Source of the DNA: Tubiluchus corallicola
Taxonomy: Eukaryota; Animalia; Priapulida
DNA length: 54,616 nucleotides
Assembly: GCA_030141605.1 (NCBI GenBank)
Contig: JAQGDQ010001215.1
Span: forward strand, 1-54,616
Direction of reading: 5' to 3'
Below the pieces are notes generated by a model. It was not told the DNA's origin and ran no database searches. It worked only from the letters and a program-made list of their open reading frames with translations. Shown here one piece after another: positions 38,480 through 51,400 of this stretch. Position numbers and translations under genes: made by a program. Within the stretch, counting starts at the first letter, position 1, and every line of letters starts with the position of its first letter.

Positions 38480-39250
38480 ATATGCTGCAATATTCTGTTA
38501 ACAACAATGCATCACAGCAGCTGCAGTATATTATATTAATTGTAACATATCTTATAAGCTGCAATATTCTGTTAACTGCAATATATCGTAGCAACTGCAG
38601 TATATTCTATTAATTGTAACATATCCTGTAAGCTGCAATATTCTGTTAACTGCAATATATCGTAGCAACTGCAGTATATTCTATTAATGGTAACATACCT
38701 TATAAGCTGCAATATTCTGTTAACTGCAATATATCGTAGCAACTGCAGTATATTCTATTAATTGTAACACGTCCTATAAGCTGCAATATTCTGTTAACTG
38801 CAATATATCGTAGCAACTGTAGTACATTCTATTAATTGTAACACGTCCTATAAGCTGCAATATTCTGTTAGCTGCAATATATCGTAGCAACTGCAGTATA
38901 TTCTATTAATTGTAACACGTCCTATAAGCTGCAATATTCTGTTAACTGCAATATATCGTAGCAACTGCAGTATATTCTATTAATTGTAACATACCTTATA
39001 AGCTGCAATATTCTGTTAACTGCAATATATCGTAGCAACTGCAGTATATTCTATTAATTGTAACACGTCCTATAAGCTGCAATATTCTGTTAACTGCAAT
39101 ATATCGTAGCAACTGCAGTATATTCTATTAATGGTAACATATCCTATAAGCTCCGATAATTCTAGAAACTGCAACCTTCAACAAACAACAATATATCATA
39201 TAAGCTGCAATATGTTCTATTAATTGTTACATATCCTTTAAGCTGCAGTA
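38480..39250. repeat. 74-bp minisatellite, about 9-10 copies
   Basis: TAAGCTGCAATATTCTGTTAACTGCAATATATCGTAGCAACTGCAGTATATTCTATTAATTGTAACACGTCCTA. Confidence 0.92.
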
Positions 39251-40964
39251 TTTCTAAAAACTGCAGTATGATGTACAAGCTACAGTATGTTAAGTTAGTT
39301 GCACTGTATCGTATTCAAGTTGTGCATAAAAACTAACTATTTATAAGATAGAGGGATCACGATGCTGATGATGCTGGATGTTTGTGAGGCGGCAGTTACC
39401 GAGCCGATGAGGAGGAATTTTCTGAAGAGCAGGGGGAGGGGGATTGAAAACAATAATCATTAATAATAATTTCTATTTTTGGTGCTTTAATTAAGAAGCG
39501 TAATTGTTTGAAGTACGCTCAAAACATTTTAATGATTTGAAGCACCAATGGTGCCTTAATTAAGAAGGGTAATTGTTTGGTGTTTTTTGTTTGGTGTTGT
39601 TTTTAAGAAGCGTAATTGTTTAAAGTACGCTCAAAACGTTGTTGTGGTGGTGTTTTGGGTTTGTTTGGTGTATTTTAATGATTTGAAGCACCAATGTTGC
39701 TTTAATTAAGGGTTTGTTTTGTGTGTTGTTGTGGTGGTGCCTTAATTAAGAAGCGTAATTGTTCAAAGTACGCTCAAAACGTTGTAATGATTTGGAGCAT
39801 CAAAAGTGTTCATAATATAATTTATCCACCTCCCATGCCGATAGTGACCAGGCGGTGGGAAGCTAATTTTTAACAACATGGCGACACATATTTCAGCCAT
39901 ATTTAATTTATTGTATATTCAAACGTTATCTATACATGGACAGTCATGGTTACGATATTAGGCAACATCTTTAAATTATGCAAGGTGGCAAACTTGATGC
40001 CTATAGTCAAAATAACCGCTTGACTATATACAAGGTTTAAATTGTGCAAGGTGGCAAGCTTGATGCCTATAGTCAAGATAACAGCTTGACTATATATAAG
40101 GTTGTGTGTCATAATAGCAATTATTTTCGTAGAAGAAACATTCAACCATTATTCCCCATATACTGGAAAAGGATGGACAAATCTTTGTATGACAAAATGA
40201 TGGAAATTAACATTACTGGTTCATGAAAAAAATGTAGTGATAGATTCCATATGAAATGAGATTGTAGTAGAGCGATAAAGATCACATTACAGATTCATCG
40301 AGTAACATTATACATAGCCATGTTACAGTATAGTGATGGATGTTATAGAACAGTGATGGAAACTACCATCATCAACGAGTCACATAAAATGATGTGATAG
40401 TAACGAAAAAACTGCCATCAAGGCGTCAAATGAAGAGACATGATAACGTGATGCGAGTCACTATTAATGTCACGTGAAAAACTGCCATCTAGGCGACAAA
40501 TGCCTTATAAGAGAGAAACTGAATGTTTTAAAGAATTGTCTTGATGAAATTGAAGATAATCACTGATTATTAATCAGTACTAAAGCAGTAAACAAGTAAA
40601 ACTGATAACAAAGTGGTGGCAACTACTGCTAATATATCACATAAAGTGACATGACACAGTACCGAAACTAGAATATTTCAAAAAATACCAAGGCATCAGG
40701 GAAAAACTCCTGTCATGACATATGGAGAAATGCACGTTATTAAAGATTGCACAGTTAAAACTGCTTGATAAAGTTGAACGTAACAGTCGGCATTGAAACT
40801 GTACCAACAATAACGGTACAGAAAACAGCCGCTATTTAAAGATTACAAGATCAAAATGCCCTTGTTGAAACTGAACATAATCATTGAAAAATACAGTACG
40901 AAAGAAGGTTCCTTAAAGATTGCACGTTCAAAACTCGAGCAAAAAACTGAAAGCAGTCATCAAT

Positions 40965-41265
40965 GAAACTGTACCAACAATTATAGCATCGAAAAAACTC
41001 CATTAAAGATGAACGATTGAAATTGCAGTGGATAAAATTGAAAGTTATCGGTATTGAACTCGCACCAACAATTATAGCACATACAAAAACTCCATTAAAG
41101 ATTGAACGGTTGAAATTGCAGTGGACAAAATTGAAAGTTATCGGTATTGAACTCGCACCAACAATTATAGCACATACAAAAACTCCATTAAAGATTGAAC
41201 GATTGAAATTGCAGTGGATAAAATTGAAAGTTATCGGTATTGAACTCGTACCAACAATTATAGAA
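40965..41265. repeat. 93-bp tandem repeat, about 3 copies
   Basis: TGAAATTGCAGTGG recurs at 41018, 41111 and 41204. Confidence 0.88.
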
Positions 41266-42290
41266 AAAATTACAGAAAAAAGCTTCATTAACGATTGTAG
41301 GATCAAAATTGAATTGATTAAATTGAAAATAATCAACACTGAAGCCTGACAAGAAATTAACTTCAAATGGCTTTGCCAGATTTGTTCTGCTGCTTAAGAG
41401 ACAGGAGTTTAAGATTAGGGATATTTTTGCATTCAACTGCAAGGTCACGTTGTTGTGGAGGGACTGCAACTAGACTCTTTATGAAAACTAATCATCTAAG
41501 AGTAGACATTGGACCAGGAAGGTGAACTGTGATTTTGATATGGTCACCCATTCATTTACTATCGGGTCTCTAGCTTCGATTGCTAAACTAAGTCAGCCAT
41601 GTTTTGGCTATTATGATTTTAGTAACGACGACTAATCCGTGTGCTATCTAGTCTTTACTGTATAAAATTTTGATTCCTAAACAAAGTCAGCCATGTTTTA
41701 GCGTATGTGATTTTAGTAGTGGTCACTCATCTAATTACTTTCTAGTCTTAGCTCTGGTTAACTTCACTTCAATTGCCCAGATTACTAATTTCGCCCTAAA
41801 GCTAGTTCAGCAAAAAGCAAACACCAGGCGGCACAACCAGTCAGCTAAAACACTTGCTAGTCACAGCCCAAAAAGCTTATAAATGAAATGCTTTACAAAA
41901 ATAAAGATGGATTTTGCAAATATTAGACTAAAGTATTATTAAATAATTTGTGGGGGGGGGGGGGTGAATCAGGTTTTGAATTATTCGTAAGGTAATGGAC
42001 AAAATATGGGAAGTTACTTTTGAACGGGGATCTAAATGATCTGCATAAAAATTTGAAATCACTGTACAGCTCTTTCAACTGCATAACGTTCTGTAGCTCT
42101 TTCAACTGCATAGCTTTCTGTACAGTTCTTTAAACTGCATAACTTTCTGTACAGTTCTTTAAGCTGCATAACTTTCTGTAGTTCTTTAAACCGCAGAACT
42201 TTTTGTGCAGTTCTTTAAACTGCATAATATTATATGCTTCCCTCAAGTACTAATTCCTCAGTATGTTAGTAGAAAGAAGCTGCCAGTCAA

Positions 42291-45200
42291 TCTAGTACTA
42301 CCATTCAGATTTAGCTAGTCTTTCCAAGACATCTAGTACTAGCATTCAGATTTAGCTAGTCTTTCCAGGACATCTAGTCCTAGCATTCAGATTTAGCTAG
42401 TCTTTCCAGGACATCTAGTACTAGCATTCAGATTTAGCTAGTCTTTCCAGGACATCTAGTACTAGCATTCAGATTTAGCTAGTCTTTCCAGGACATCTAG
42501 TACTAGCATTCAGATTTAGCTAGTCTTTCCAGGACATCTAGTACTAGCATTCAGATTTAGCTAGTCTTTAGAGGACATCTAGTACTGGCATTCAGATTTA
42601 GCTAGTCTTTCCAGGACATCTAGTCCTAGCATTCAGATTTAGCTAGTCTTTCCAGGACATCTAGTACTAGCATTCAGATTTAACTAGTCTTTCCAGGACA
42701 TCTAGTCCTAGCATTCAGATTTAGCTGGTCTTTCCAGGACATCTAGTACTAGCATTCAGATTTAGCTAGTCTTTCCAGGACATCTAGTCCTAGCATTCAG
42801 ATTTAGCTAGTCTTTCCAGGACATCTAGTACTAGCATTCAGATTTAGGTAGTCTTTCCAGGACATCTAGTACTAGCATTCAGATTTAGCTAGTCTTTCCA
42901 GGACATCTAGTCCTAGCATTCAGATTTAGCTGGTCTTTCCAGGACATCTAGTACTAGCATTCAGATTTAGCTAGTCTTTCCAGGACATCTAGTACTAGCA
43001 TTCAGATTTAGCTAGTCTTTCCAGGACATCTAGTACTAGCATTCAGATTTAGCTAGTCTTTACAGGACATCTACTACTAGCATTCAGATTTAGCTAGTCT
43101 TTCCAGGACATCTAGTCCTAGCATTCAGATTTAGCTAGTCTTTCCAGGACATCTAGTACTAGCATTCAGATTTAGCTAGTCTTTCCAGGACATCTAGTCC
43201 TAGCATTCAGATTTAGCTAGTCTTTCCAGGACATCTAGTACTAGCATTCAGATTTAGCTAGTCTTTCCAGGACATCTAGTACTAGCATTCAGATTTAGCT
43301 GGTCTTTACAGGACATCTAGTACTAGCATTCAGATTTAGCTAGTCTTTCCAGGACATCTAGTACTAGCATTCAGATTTAGCTAGTCTTTAGAGGACATCT
43401 AGTACTGGCATTCAGATTTAGCTAGTCTTTCCAGGACATCTAGTCCTAGCATTCAGATTTAGCTAGTCTTTCCAGGACATCTAGTACTAGCATTCAGATT
43501 TAGCTAGTCTTTCCAGGACATCTAGTCCTAGCATTCAGATTTAGCTAGTCTTTCCAGGACATCTAGTACTAGCATTCAGATTTAGCTAGTCTTTCCAGGA
43601 CATCTAGTACTAGCATTCAGATTTAGCTAGTCTTTCCAGGACATCTAGTACTAGCATTCAGATTTAGCTAGTCTTTAGAGGACATCTAGTACTAGCATTC
43701 AGATTTAGCTAGTCTTTACAGGACATCTAGTACTAGCATTCAGATTTAGCTAGTCTTTCCAGGACATCTAGTACTAGCATTCAGATTTAGCTAGTCTTTC
43801 CAGGACATCTAGTACTAGCATTCAGATTTAGCTAGTCTTTCCAGGACATCTAGTACTAGCATTCAGATTTAGCTAGTCTTTCCAGGACATCTAGTACTAG
43901 CATTCAGATTTAGCTAGTCTTTCCAGGACATCTAGTACTAGCATTCAGATTTAGCTAGTCTTTCCAGGACATCTAGTACTAGCATTCAGATTTAGCTAGT
44001 CTTTCCAGGACATCTAGTACTAGCATTCAGATTTAGCTAGTCTTTAGAGGACATCTAGTACTGGCATTCAGATTTAGCTAGTCTTTCCAGGACATCTAGT
44101 ACTAGCATTCAGATTTAGCTAGTCTTTCCAGGACATCTAGTCCTAGCATTCAGATTTAGCTGGTCTTTCCAGGACATCTAGTACTAGCATTCAGATTTAG
44201 CTAGTCTTTCCAGGACATCTAGTACTAGCATTCAGATTTAGCTAGTCTTTCCAGGACATCTAGTACTAGCATTCAGATTTAGCTAGTCTTTACAGGACAT
44301 CTACTACTAGCATTCAGATTTAGCTAGTCTTTCCAGGACATCTAGTCCTAGCATTCAGATTTAGCTAGTCTTTCCAGGACATCTAGTACTAGCATTCAGA
44401 TTTAGCTAGTCTTTCCAGGACATCTAGTACTAGCATTCAGATTTAGCTAGTCTTTCCAGGACATCTAGTACTAGCATTCAGATTTAGCTAGTCTTTCCAG
44501 GACATCTAGTACTAGCATTCAGATTTAGCTAGTCTTTCCAGGACATCTAGTCCTAGCATTCAGATTTAGCTAGTCTTTCCAGGACATCTAGTACTAGCAT
44601 TCAGATTTATCTAGTCTTTCCAGGACATCTAGTCCTAGCATTCAGATTTAGCTAGTCTTTCCAGGACATCTAGTACTAGCATTCAGATTTAGCTAGTCTT
44701 TCCAGGACATCTAGTACTAGCATTTAGATTTAGCTAGTCTTTCCAGGACATCTAGTACTAGCATTCAGATTTAGCTAGTCTTTCCAGGACATCTAGTACT
44801 AGCATTCAGATTTAGCTAGTCTTTCCAGGACATCTAGTCCTAGCATTCAGATTTAGCTAGTCTTTCCAGGACATCTAGTACTAGCAGATTTAGCTAGTCT
44901 TTCCAGGACATCTAGTACTAGCACTCAGATTTAGCTAGTCTTTCCAGGACATCTAGTACTAGCATTCAGATTTAGCTAGTCTTTACAGGACATCTAGTAC
45001 TAGCATTCAGATTTAGCTAGTCTTTCCAGGACATCTAGTCCTAGCATTCAGATTTAGCTGGTCTTTACAGGACATCTAGTACTAGCATTCAGATTTAGCT
45101 AGTCTTTCCAGGACATCTAGTACTAGCATTCAGATTTAGCTAGTCTTTAGAGGACATCTAGTACTGGCATTGAGATTTAGCTAGTCTTTCCAGGACATCT

Positions 45201-45332
45201 AGTCCTAGCATTCAGATTTAGCTAGTCTTTCCAGGACATCTAGTACTAGCATTCAGATTTAGCTAGTCTTTCCAGGACATCTAGTACTAGCATTCAGATT
45301 TAGCTAGTCTTTACAGGACATCTAGTCCTAGC
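42291..45332. repeat. 41-bp satellite, about 74 copies
   Basis: Unit TCTAGTACTAGCATTCAGATTTAGCTAGTCTTTCCAGGACA, highly homogeneous, no spacers. Confidence 0.97.
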
Positions 45333-45778
45333 AAGCAACAAACAAGTGGGATTTATTAGCAAAGCTCAGCTAATAGAAAGTAAACTGCAATTGACGGATA
45401 GAATGAAGTCAGAAAGATCGAGATAAAATGGATGGATAACGAAATAATTTGCCTCACTTGGCGTCATGTCTTTTATTTCAGTTTAGTTTTATTTCAGTTA
45501 TTTTCAGTTTGATTTTTTTTATATATTATGCACTTATTATTACTGTTTATGAATTGTACTAACACGTTATAACCATATCAATTTAATGTCATTCGTAACA
45601 AATAAATTTTTATTATAAGCAGTACTAACACTAATACACTGTAGCATAGCGCCTATAAAAAAATGTCTGACTAGATGACTAGATGACCAATTGGTCTTTC
45701 GCTGCCCTTTCTTCACATTTTTGTTACCAAATTAATTGTATTACAACTGTGCGTGTGTTAAAAGGTAAATAAAAGATT

Positions 45779-45809
<31 letters not shown>

Positions 45810-47504
45810 TTTAAATTTATTGTGTTTACGCTGTTTGTTTTGTCATGCATAGAAAATATACATTGTCCATTTAGTACTGCATGATGGTAACATTCTACCG
45901 GTCAGTATATCCAACATTCCCAATGGATTTTAATAAATGGCACCTTTACAATATGTAGAACATGTACATGCATTATAATTCAAAATTGACATGGTATGTA
46001 CGCCTTGTTTTCTTCTTGCATTGTATGTATTTTTGACACTAATAAATATCTAAATATGTCCAATAGAATGTAGCAAATATCGATTTGAATGTTTTATTAT
46101 TTATTTGCTCTTAAAATTTTATACACGACAGCAGTTTATCCTGTAAAACATTTGTTCTGTTGTTTCTCTCTAATTCTTACTAGACATCAAAGTGCAAATG
46201 ATTGCAAATTTATGAAGTACAGTAACACCTTAGTACAGAAACAATGCTATTCTTAAGATAACATTAAATAACATTAAATCTTAAAGTACACAAGAAAACC
46301 CTCCACTTTCATGAAATTTTAAAAATTTGTTTTGAAATTTTGTACGACTTGTATACCGCCTTTTTGTGTACAGTGCTTGCGTCGGCAGTAACGCTGTATA
46401 AAACCCGAAAAATTAAACTCCCGCAGTGACCGTTAGACGTAGCCATTTTGACGACAAGTCGCTTGAAACAAGTTTAGATAACACTGAGTGAAATTTTAAA
46501 AAATAATTAGAGCATTCGTAGTGCACATCTCACTAATAAGTAAAATTTTAAATTACTGAATCTTGTGGAAAAGATTAAAAATACATGAGGTGATAAATAA
46601 AGGTACTTATACTTTTACTTAATACTTATACTTAACTTATACTTAAGTATAAGTATTACTTATAACTTAAGTACTTTATACTTAAGTTACCAACTGAAAT
46701 ACTGCATTGACATGGATGTATTATTCTGCACCTCAAATCTTAGCACCTACAACACGTAGCTTTCGAAAAAGATAAACAAAAACCATTACAAATTGTGCGC
46801 ACAGCGTGCTTAAGTAAAGCAGCCATATAACTCCAGGCTTAGTGATTAAGCTGCAGTGTTTTTTGTATATCGAATGCCAACCACATGAACAGCGTAAACA
46901 TCAACAATTAAGATCTCGTGGGAAACGTATGTCTGACGGTCAAAGTTGCCTTCAAAAATAACTTTAACCTACAATTAAAAATACAATTATTCCGTTCGAC
47001 TACGCGCCACGATAAAATTCAGATTTCCGTATCCTGTCATATCGGCACAATGACAATGACAAGAATAGTTACAAATAAAAAAAATTCTGGAATTAAAAAA
47101 CAAGGAAAAAGAATGAAGCGGACGGAAACCGAAAATGAAAGTTTGGAACTACCACGACAGTTCTTCTTTCTTAAACTAAAAAAGGGATGAAAAGGAGAAA
47201 AAAAATCACAAGCAGTTCTACTAATTTAACTGGCTCGGCAGATCTAGTAGCTCCTTGTAATTTTTTTCTTTTTATCCTTTTCAGGTCACCCGAAGAAGTA
47301 CTACATGTGTTGTGAGAAACGTCTTTCCACTTCCTTGGTTTTTTGTTCTTTGTCTCATCATCTTCCACTTCACTTCACTGGCCAGTATTCTAGTTTCTGT
47401 CTGATTGCTTTACGTATTTACATGTTTCAAGCATCTGAGAGCCCAATCAAATGCAATAAAAACAAGACGCGTGAACTGGAAGACTTATGAAAATATTTCC
47501 GAAG

Positions 47505-47600
47505 GCAGTGATGATGTTGGTGATGACGATGATGATGATGGCGGCGGTGATGATGAAGATGGTGATGGCGGTGATGATGATGATGATGATGATGGTGATC
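47505..47600. repeat. Degenerate (GAT)n microsatellite
   Basis: Direct. Confidence 0.85.
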
Positions 47601-47689
47601 TTCATTTAAAGTCGGCTTTAAATTCAACAGTCCTGGCACGAGACATTTATCGCACACCATAAGTAACAAACTAAACCTACATAAGAGAG

Positions 47690-47843
47690 ATTATTATTAC
47701 CCCCCCCCGCATTTACCCTAAATTCAGCGCACCAGGCAGGGCAACAGCGGGTACTATTATTAAAGTTTTTTGTATGAACCGTCCCGTGGTATCGAACTCA
47801 CGACCTCCTAGACGGAAAGCAAACGTTTTGTTACATGTTAAGC
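47690..47843 (-). mobile_element. tRNA-derived SINE with Meta-type core (MetaSINE-like)
   Basis: Minus strand has B-box GAGTTCGATACC followed by TTCATACAAAAAACTTTAATAATAGTACCCGCTGTTGCCCTGCCTGGTGCGCTGAATTTAGG, resembling the Meta central domain (recalled consensus). Confidence 0.6.
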
Positions 47844-48454
47844 ATGTTTTAGTTGCTTCCAACTATAGTTCACTAGCAGAATTGGGCATGCGCACATAGA
47901 GAGTTGGAAGTCATTCTATAAATGAAATAGGCATAATTAGAAATACCCTTATGAAAAGTTTTTAAAACTGAATGTTTGCTTTTAAATATTTTTATTGGAT
48001 TTTACAACAGATTTGCGCCTACAGCGTTTTTTCTTACATTCATATGCCAAGCAGTTGCGGATGTGTGTTTTCTTATCACTGCACGAATTTACATTGACTT
48101 GTGAATAATCTAGGCATTACTAATAACCAAATGTGCTAGGCAGATTACATAACTGACTCAAAGAAGAACAGAAACAGCCAACTTACAGTGGATTCATCGT
48201 TTGTAAAATAATGTTGCCAAGAAGTTGCATTAATTGATTTGCTGTATGATAATGTGTATTGTGTAACCCACCTATCCTGCGACCATTTGATACAACCCTG
48301 AAAATTTTTAATATTTTATTAGCTTGTCAATGCGTTAGTCGATACTTTTCCACGCTTTTACTTGAAATAGTACTGCCATTTAAATAGAACAGCAATAGAA
48401 ACTTAGAACTAAACACAACCATTTTCAGACTGCATTCACGAGTCTTTAAACTTT

Positions 48455-51400
48455 AAATTGTTTAAAGGAACAGTCCCGCTTTTAATAATAATGAAATTAT
48501 AATTTCAATTGTTTAAAGGAACAGTCCCGCTTTTAATAATAATAAAATTATAATTTCAATTGTTTAAAGGAACAGTCCCGCTTTTAATAATAATAAAATT
48601 ATAATCTCAGTTGTTTAAAGGAACAGTCCCGCTTTTAATAATAATAAAATTATAATCTCAGTTGTTTAAAGGAACAGTCCCGCTTTTAATAATAATAAAA
48701 TTATAATCTCAGTTGTTTAAAGGAACAGTCCCGCTTTTAATAATAATGAAATTATAATTTCAATTGTTTAAAGGAACAGTCCCGCTTTTAATAATAATAA
48801 AATTATAATTTCAGTTGTTTAAAGGAACAGTCCCGCTTTTAATAATAATAAAATTATAATCTCAATTGTTTAAAGGAACAGTCCCGCTTTTAATAATAAT
48901 AAAATTATAATCTCAGTTGTTTAAAGGAACAGTCCCGCTTTTAATAATAATAAAATTATAATCTCAATTGTTTAAAGGAACAGTCCCGCTTTTAATAATA
49001 ATAAAATTATAATCTCAATTGTTTAAAGGAACAGTCCCGCTTTTAATAATAATAAAATTATAATCTCAATTGTTTAAAGGAACAGTCCCGCTTTTAATAA
49101 TAATAAAATTATAATCTCAGTTGTTTAAAGGAACAGTCCCGCTTTTAATAATAATAAAATTATAATTTCAATTGTTTAAAGGAACAGTCCCGCTTTTAAT
49201 AATAATAAAATTATAATCTCAATTGTTTAAAGGAACAGTCCCGCTTTTAATAATAATAAAATTATAATTTCAATTGTTTAAAGGAACAGTCCCGCTTTTA
49301 ATAATAATAAAATTATAATTTCAGTTGTTTAAAGGAACAGTCCCGCTTTTAATAATAATAAAATTATAATCTCAATTGTTTAAAGGAACAGTCCCGCTTT
49401 TAATAATAATAAAATTATAATTTCAGTTGTTTAAAGGAACAGTCCCGCTTTTAATAATAATAAAATTATAATTTCAATTGTTTAAAGGAACAGTCCCGCT
49501 TTTAATAATAATAAAATTATAATTTCAATTGTTTAAAGGAACAGTCCCGCTTTTAATAATAATAAAATTATAATTTCAATTGTTTAAAGGAACAGTCCCG
49601 CTTTTAATAATAATAAAATTATAATTTCAATTGTTTAAAGGAACAGTCCCGCTTTTAATAATAATAAAATTATAATTTCAGTTGTTTAAAGGAACAGTCC
49701 CGCTTTTAATAATAATAAAATTATAATTTCAATTGTTTAAAGGAACAGTCCCGCTTTTAATAATAATAAAATTATAATTTCAGTTGTTTAAAGGAACAGT
49801 CCCGCTTTTAATAATAATGAAATTATAATCTCAATTGTTTAAAGGAACAGTCCCGCTTTTAATAATAATAAAATTATAATTTCAGTTGTTTAAAGGAACA
49901 GTCCCGCTTTTAATAATAATAAAATTATAATCTCAATTGTTTAAAGGAACAGTCCCGCTTTTAATAATAATAAAATTATAATTTCAGTTGTTTAAAGGAA
50001 CAGTCCCGCTTTTAATAATAATAAAATTATAATTTCAATTGTTTAAAGGAACAGTCCCGCTTTTAATAATAATAAAATTATAATTTCAATTGTTTAAAGG
50101 AACAGTCCCGCTTTTAATAATAAAATTATAATCTCAATTGTTTAAAGGAACAGTCCCTTTTAATAATAATAAAATTATAATCTCAATTGTTTAAAGGAAC
50201 AGTCCCGCTTTTAATAATAATAAAATTATAATTTCAATTGTTTAAAGGAACAGTCCCGCTTTTAATAATAAAATTATAATCTCAATTGTTTAAAGGAACA
50301 GTCCGCTTTTAATAATAATAAAATTATAATTTCAATTGTTTAAAGGAACAGTCTTTAAAATTATAATTTCAATTGTTTAAAGGAACAGTCCCGCTTTTAA
50401 TAATAATAAAATTATAATTTCAATTGTTTAAAGGAACAGTCCCGCTTTTAATAATAATAAAATTATAATTTCAGTTGTTTAAAGGATCCCGTTTTAATAA
50501 TAATAAAATTATAATCTCAGTTGTTTAAAGGAACAGTCCCGCTTTTAATAATAATAAAATTATAATCTCAATTGTTTAAAGGAACAGTCCCGCTTTTAAT
50601 AATAATAAAATTATAATTTCAATTGTTTAAAGGAACAGTCCCGCTTTTAATAATAATAAAATTATAATCTCAGTTGTTTAAAGGAACAGTCCCGCTTTTA
50701 ATAATAATAAAATTATAATTTCAATTGTTTAAAGGAACAGTCCCGCTTTTAATAATAATAAAATTATAATTTCAGTTGTTTAAAGGAACAGTCCCGCTTT
50801 TAATAATAATGAAATTATAATCTCAATTGTTTAAAGGAACAGTCCCGCTTTTAATAATAATAAAATTATAATCTCAATTGTTTAAAGGAACAGTCCCGCT
50901 TTTAATAATAATAAAATTATAATCTCAATTGTTTAAAGGAACAGTCCCGCTTTTAATAATAATGAAATTATAATCTCAATTGTTTAAAGGAACAGTCCCG
51001 CTTTTAATAATAATAAAATTATAATCTCAGTTGTTTAAAGGAACAGTCCCGCTTTTAATAATAATAAAATTATAATCTCAATTGTTTAAAGGAACAGTCC
51101 CGCTTTTAATAATAATAAAATTATAATTTCAGTTGTTTAAAGGAACAGTCCCGCTTTTAATAATAATAAAATTATAATCTCAGTTGTTTAAAGGAACAGT
51201 CCCGCTTTTAATAATAATAAAATTATAATCTCAGTTGTTTAAAGGAACAGTCCCGCTTTTAATAATAATAAAATTATAATCTCAATTGTTTAAAGGAACA
51301 GTCCCGCTTTTAATAATAATAAAATTATAATTTCAATTGTTTAAAGGAACAGTCCCGCTTTTAATAATAATAAAATTATAATCTCAGTTGTTTAAAGGAA

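Noticed and set aside
46634-46653. 20-bp perfect palindrome ACTTATACTTAAGTATAAGT
   Set aside because: Lies in a low-complexity AT-rich TACTTA-type tract with no functional context.
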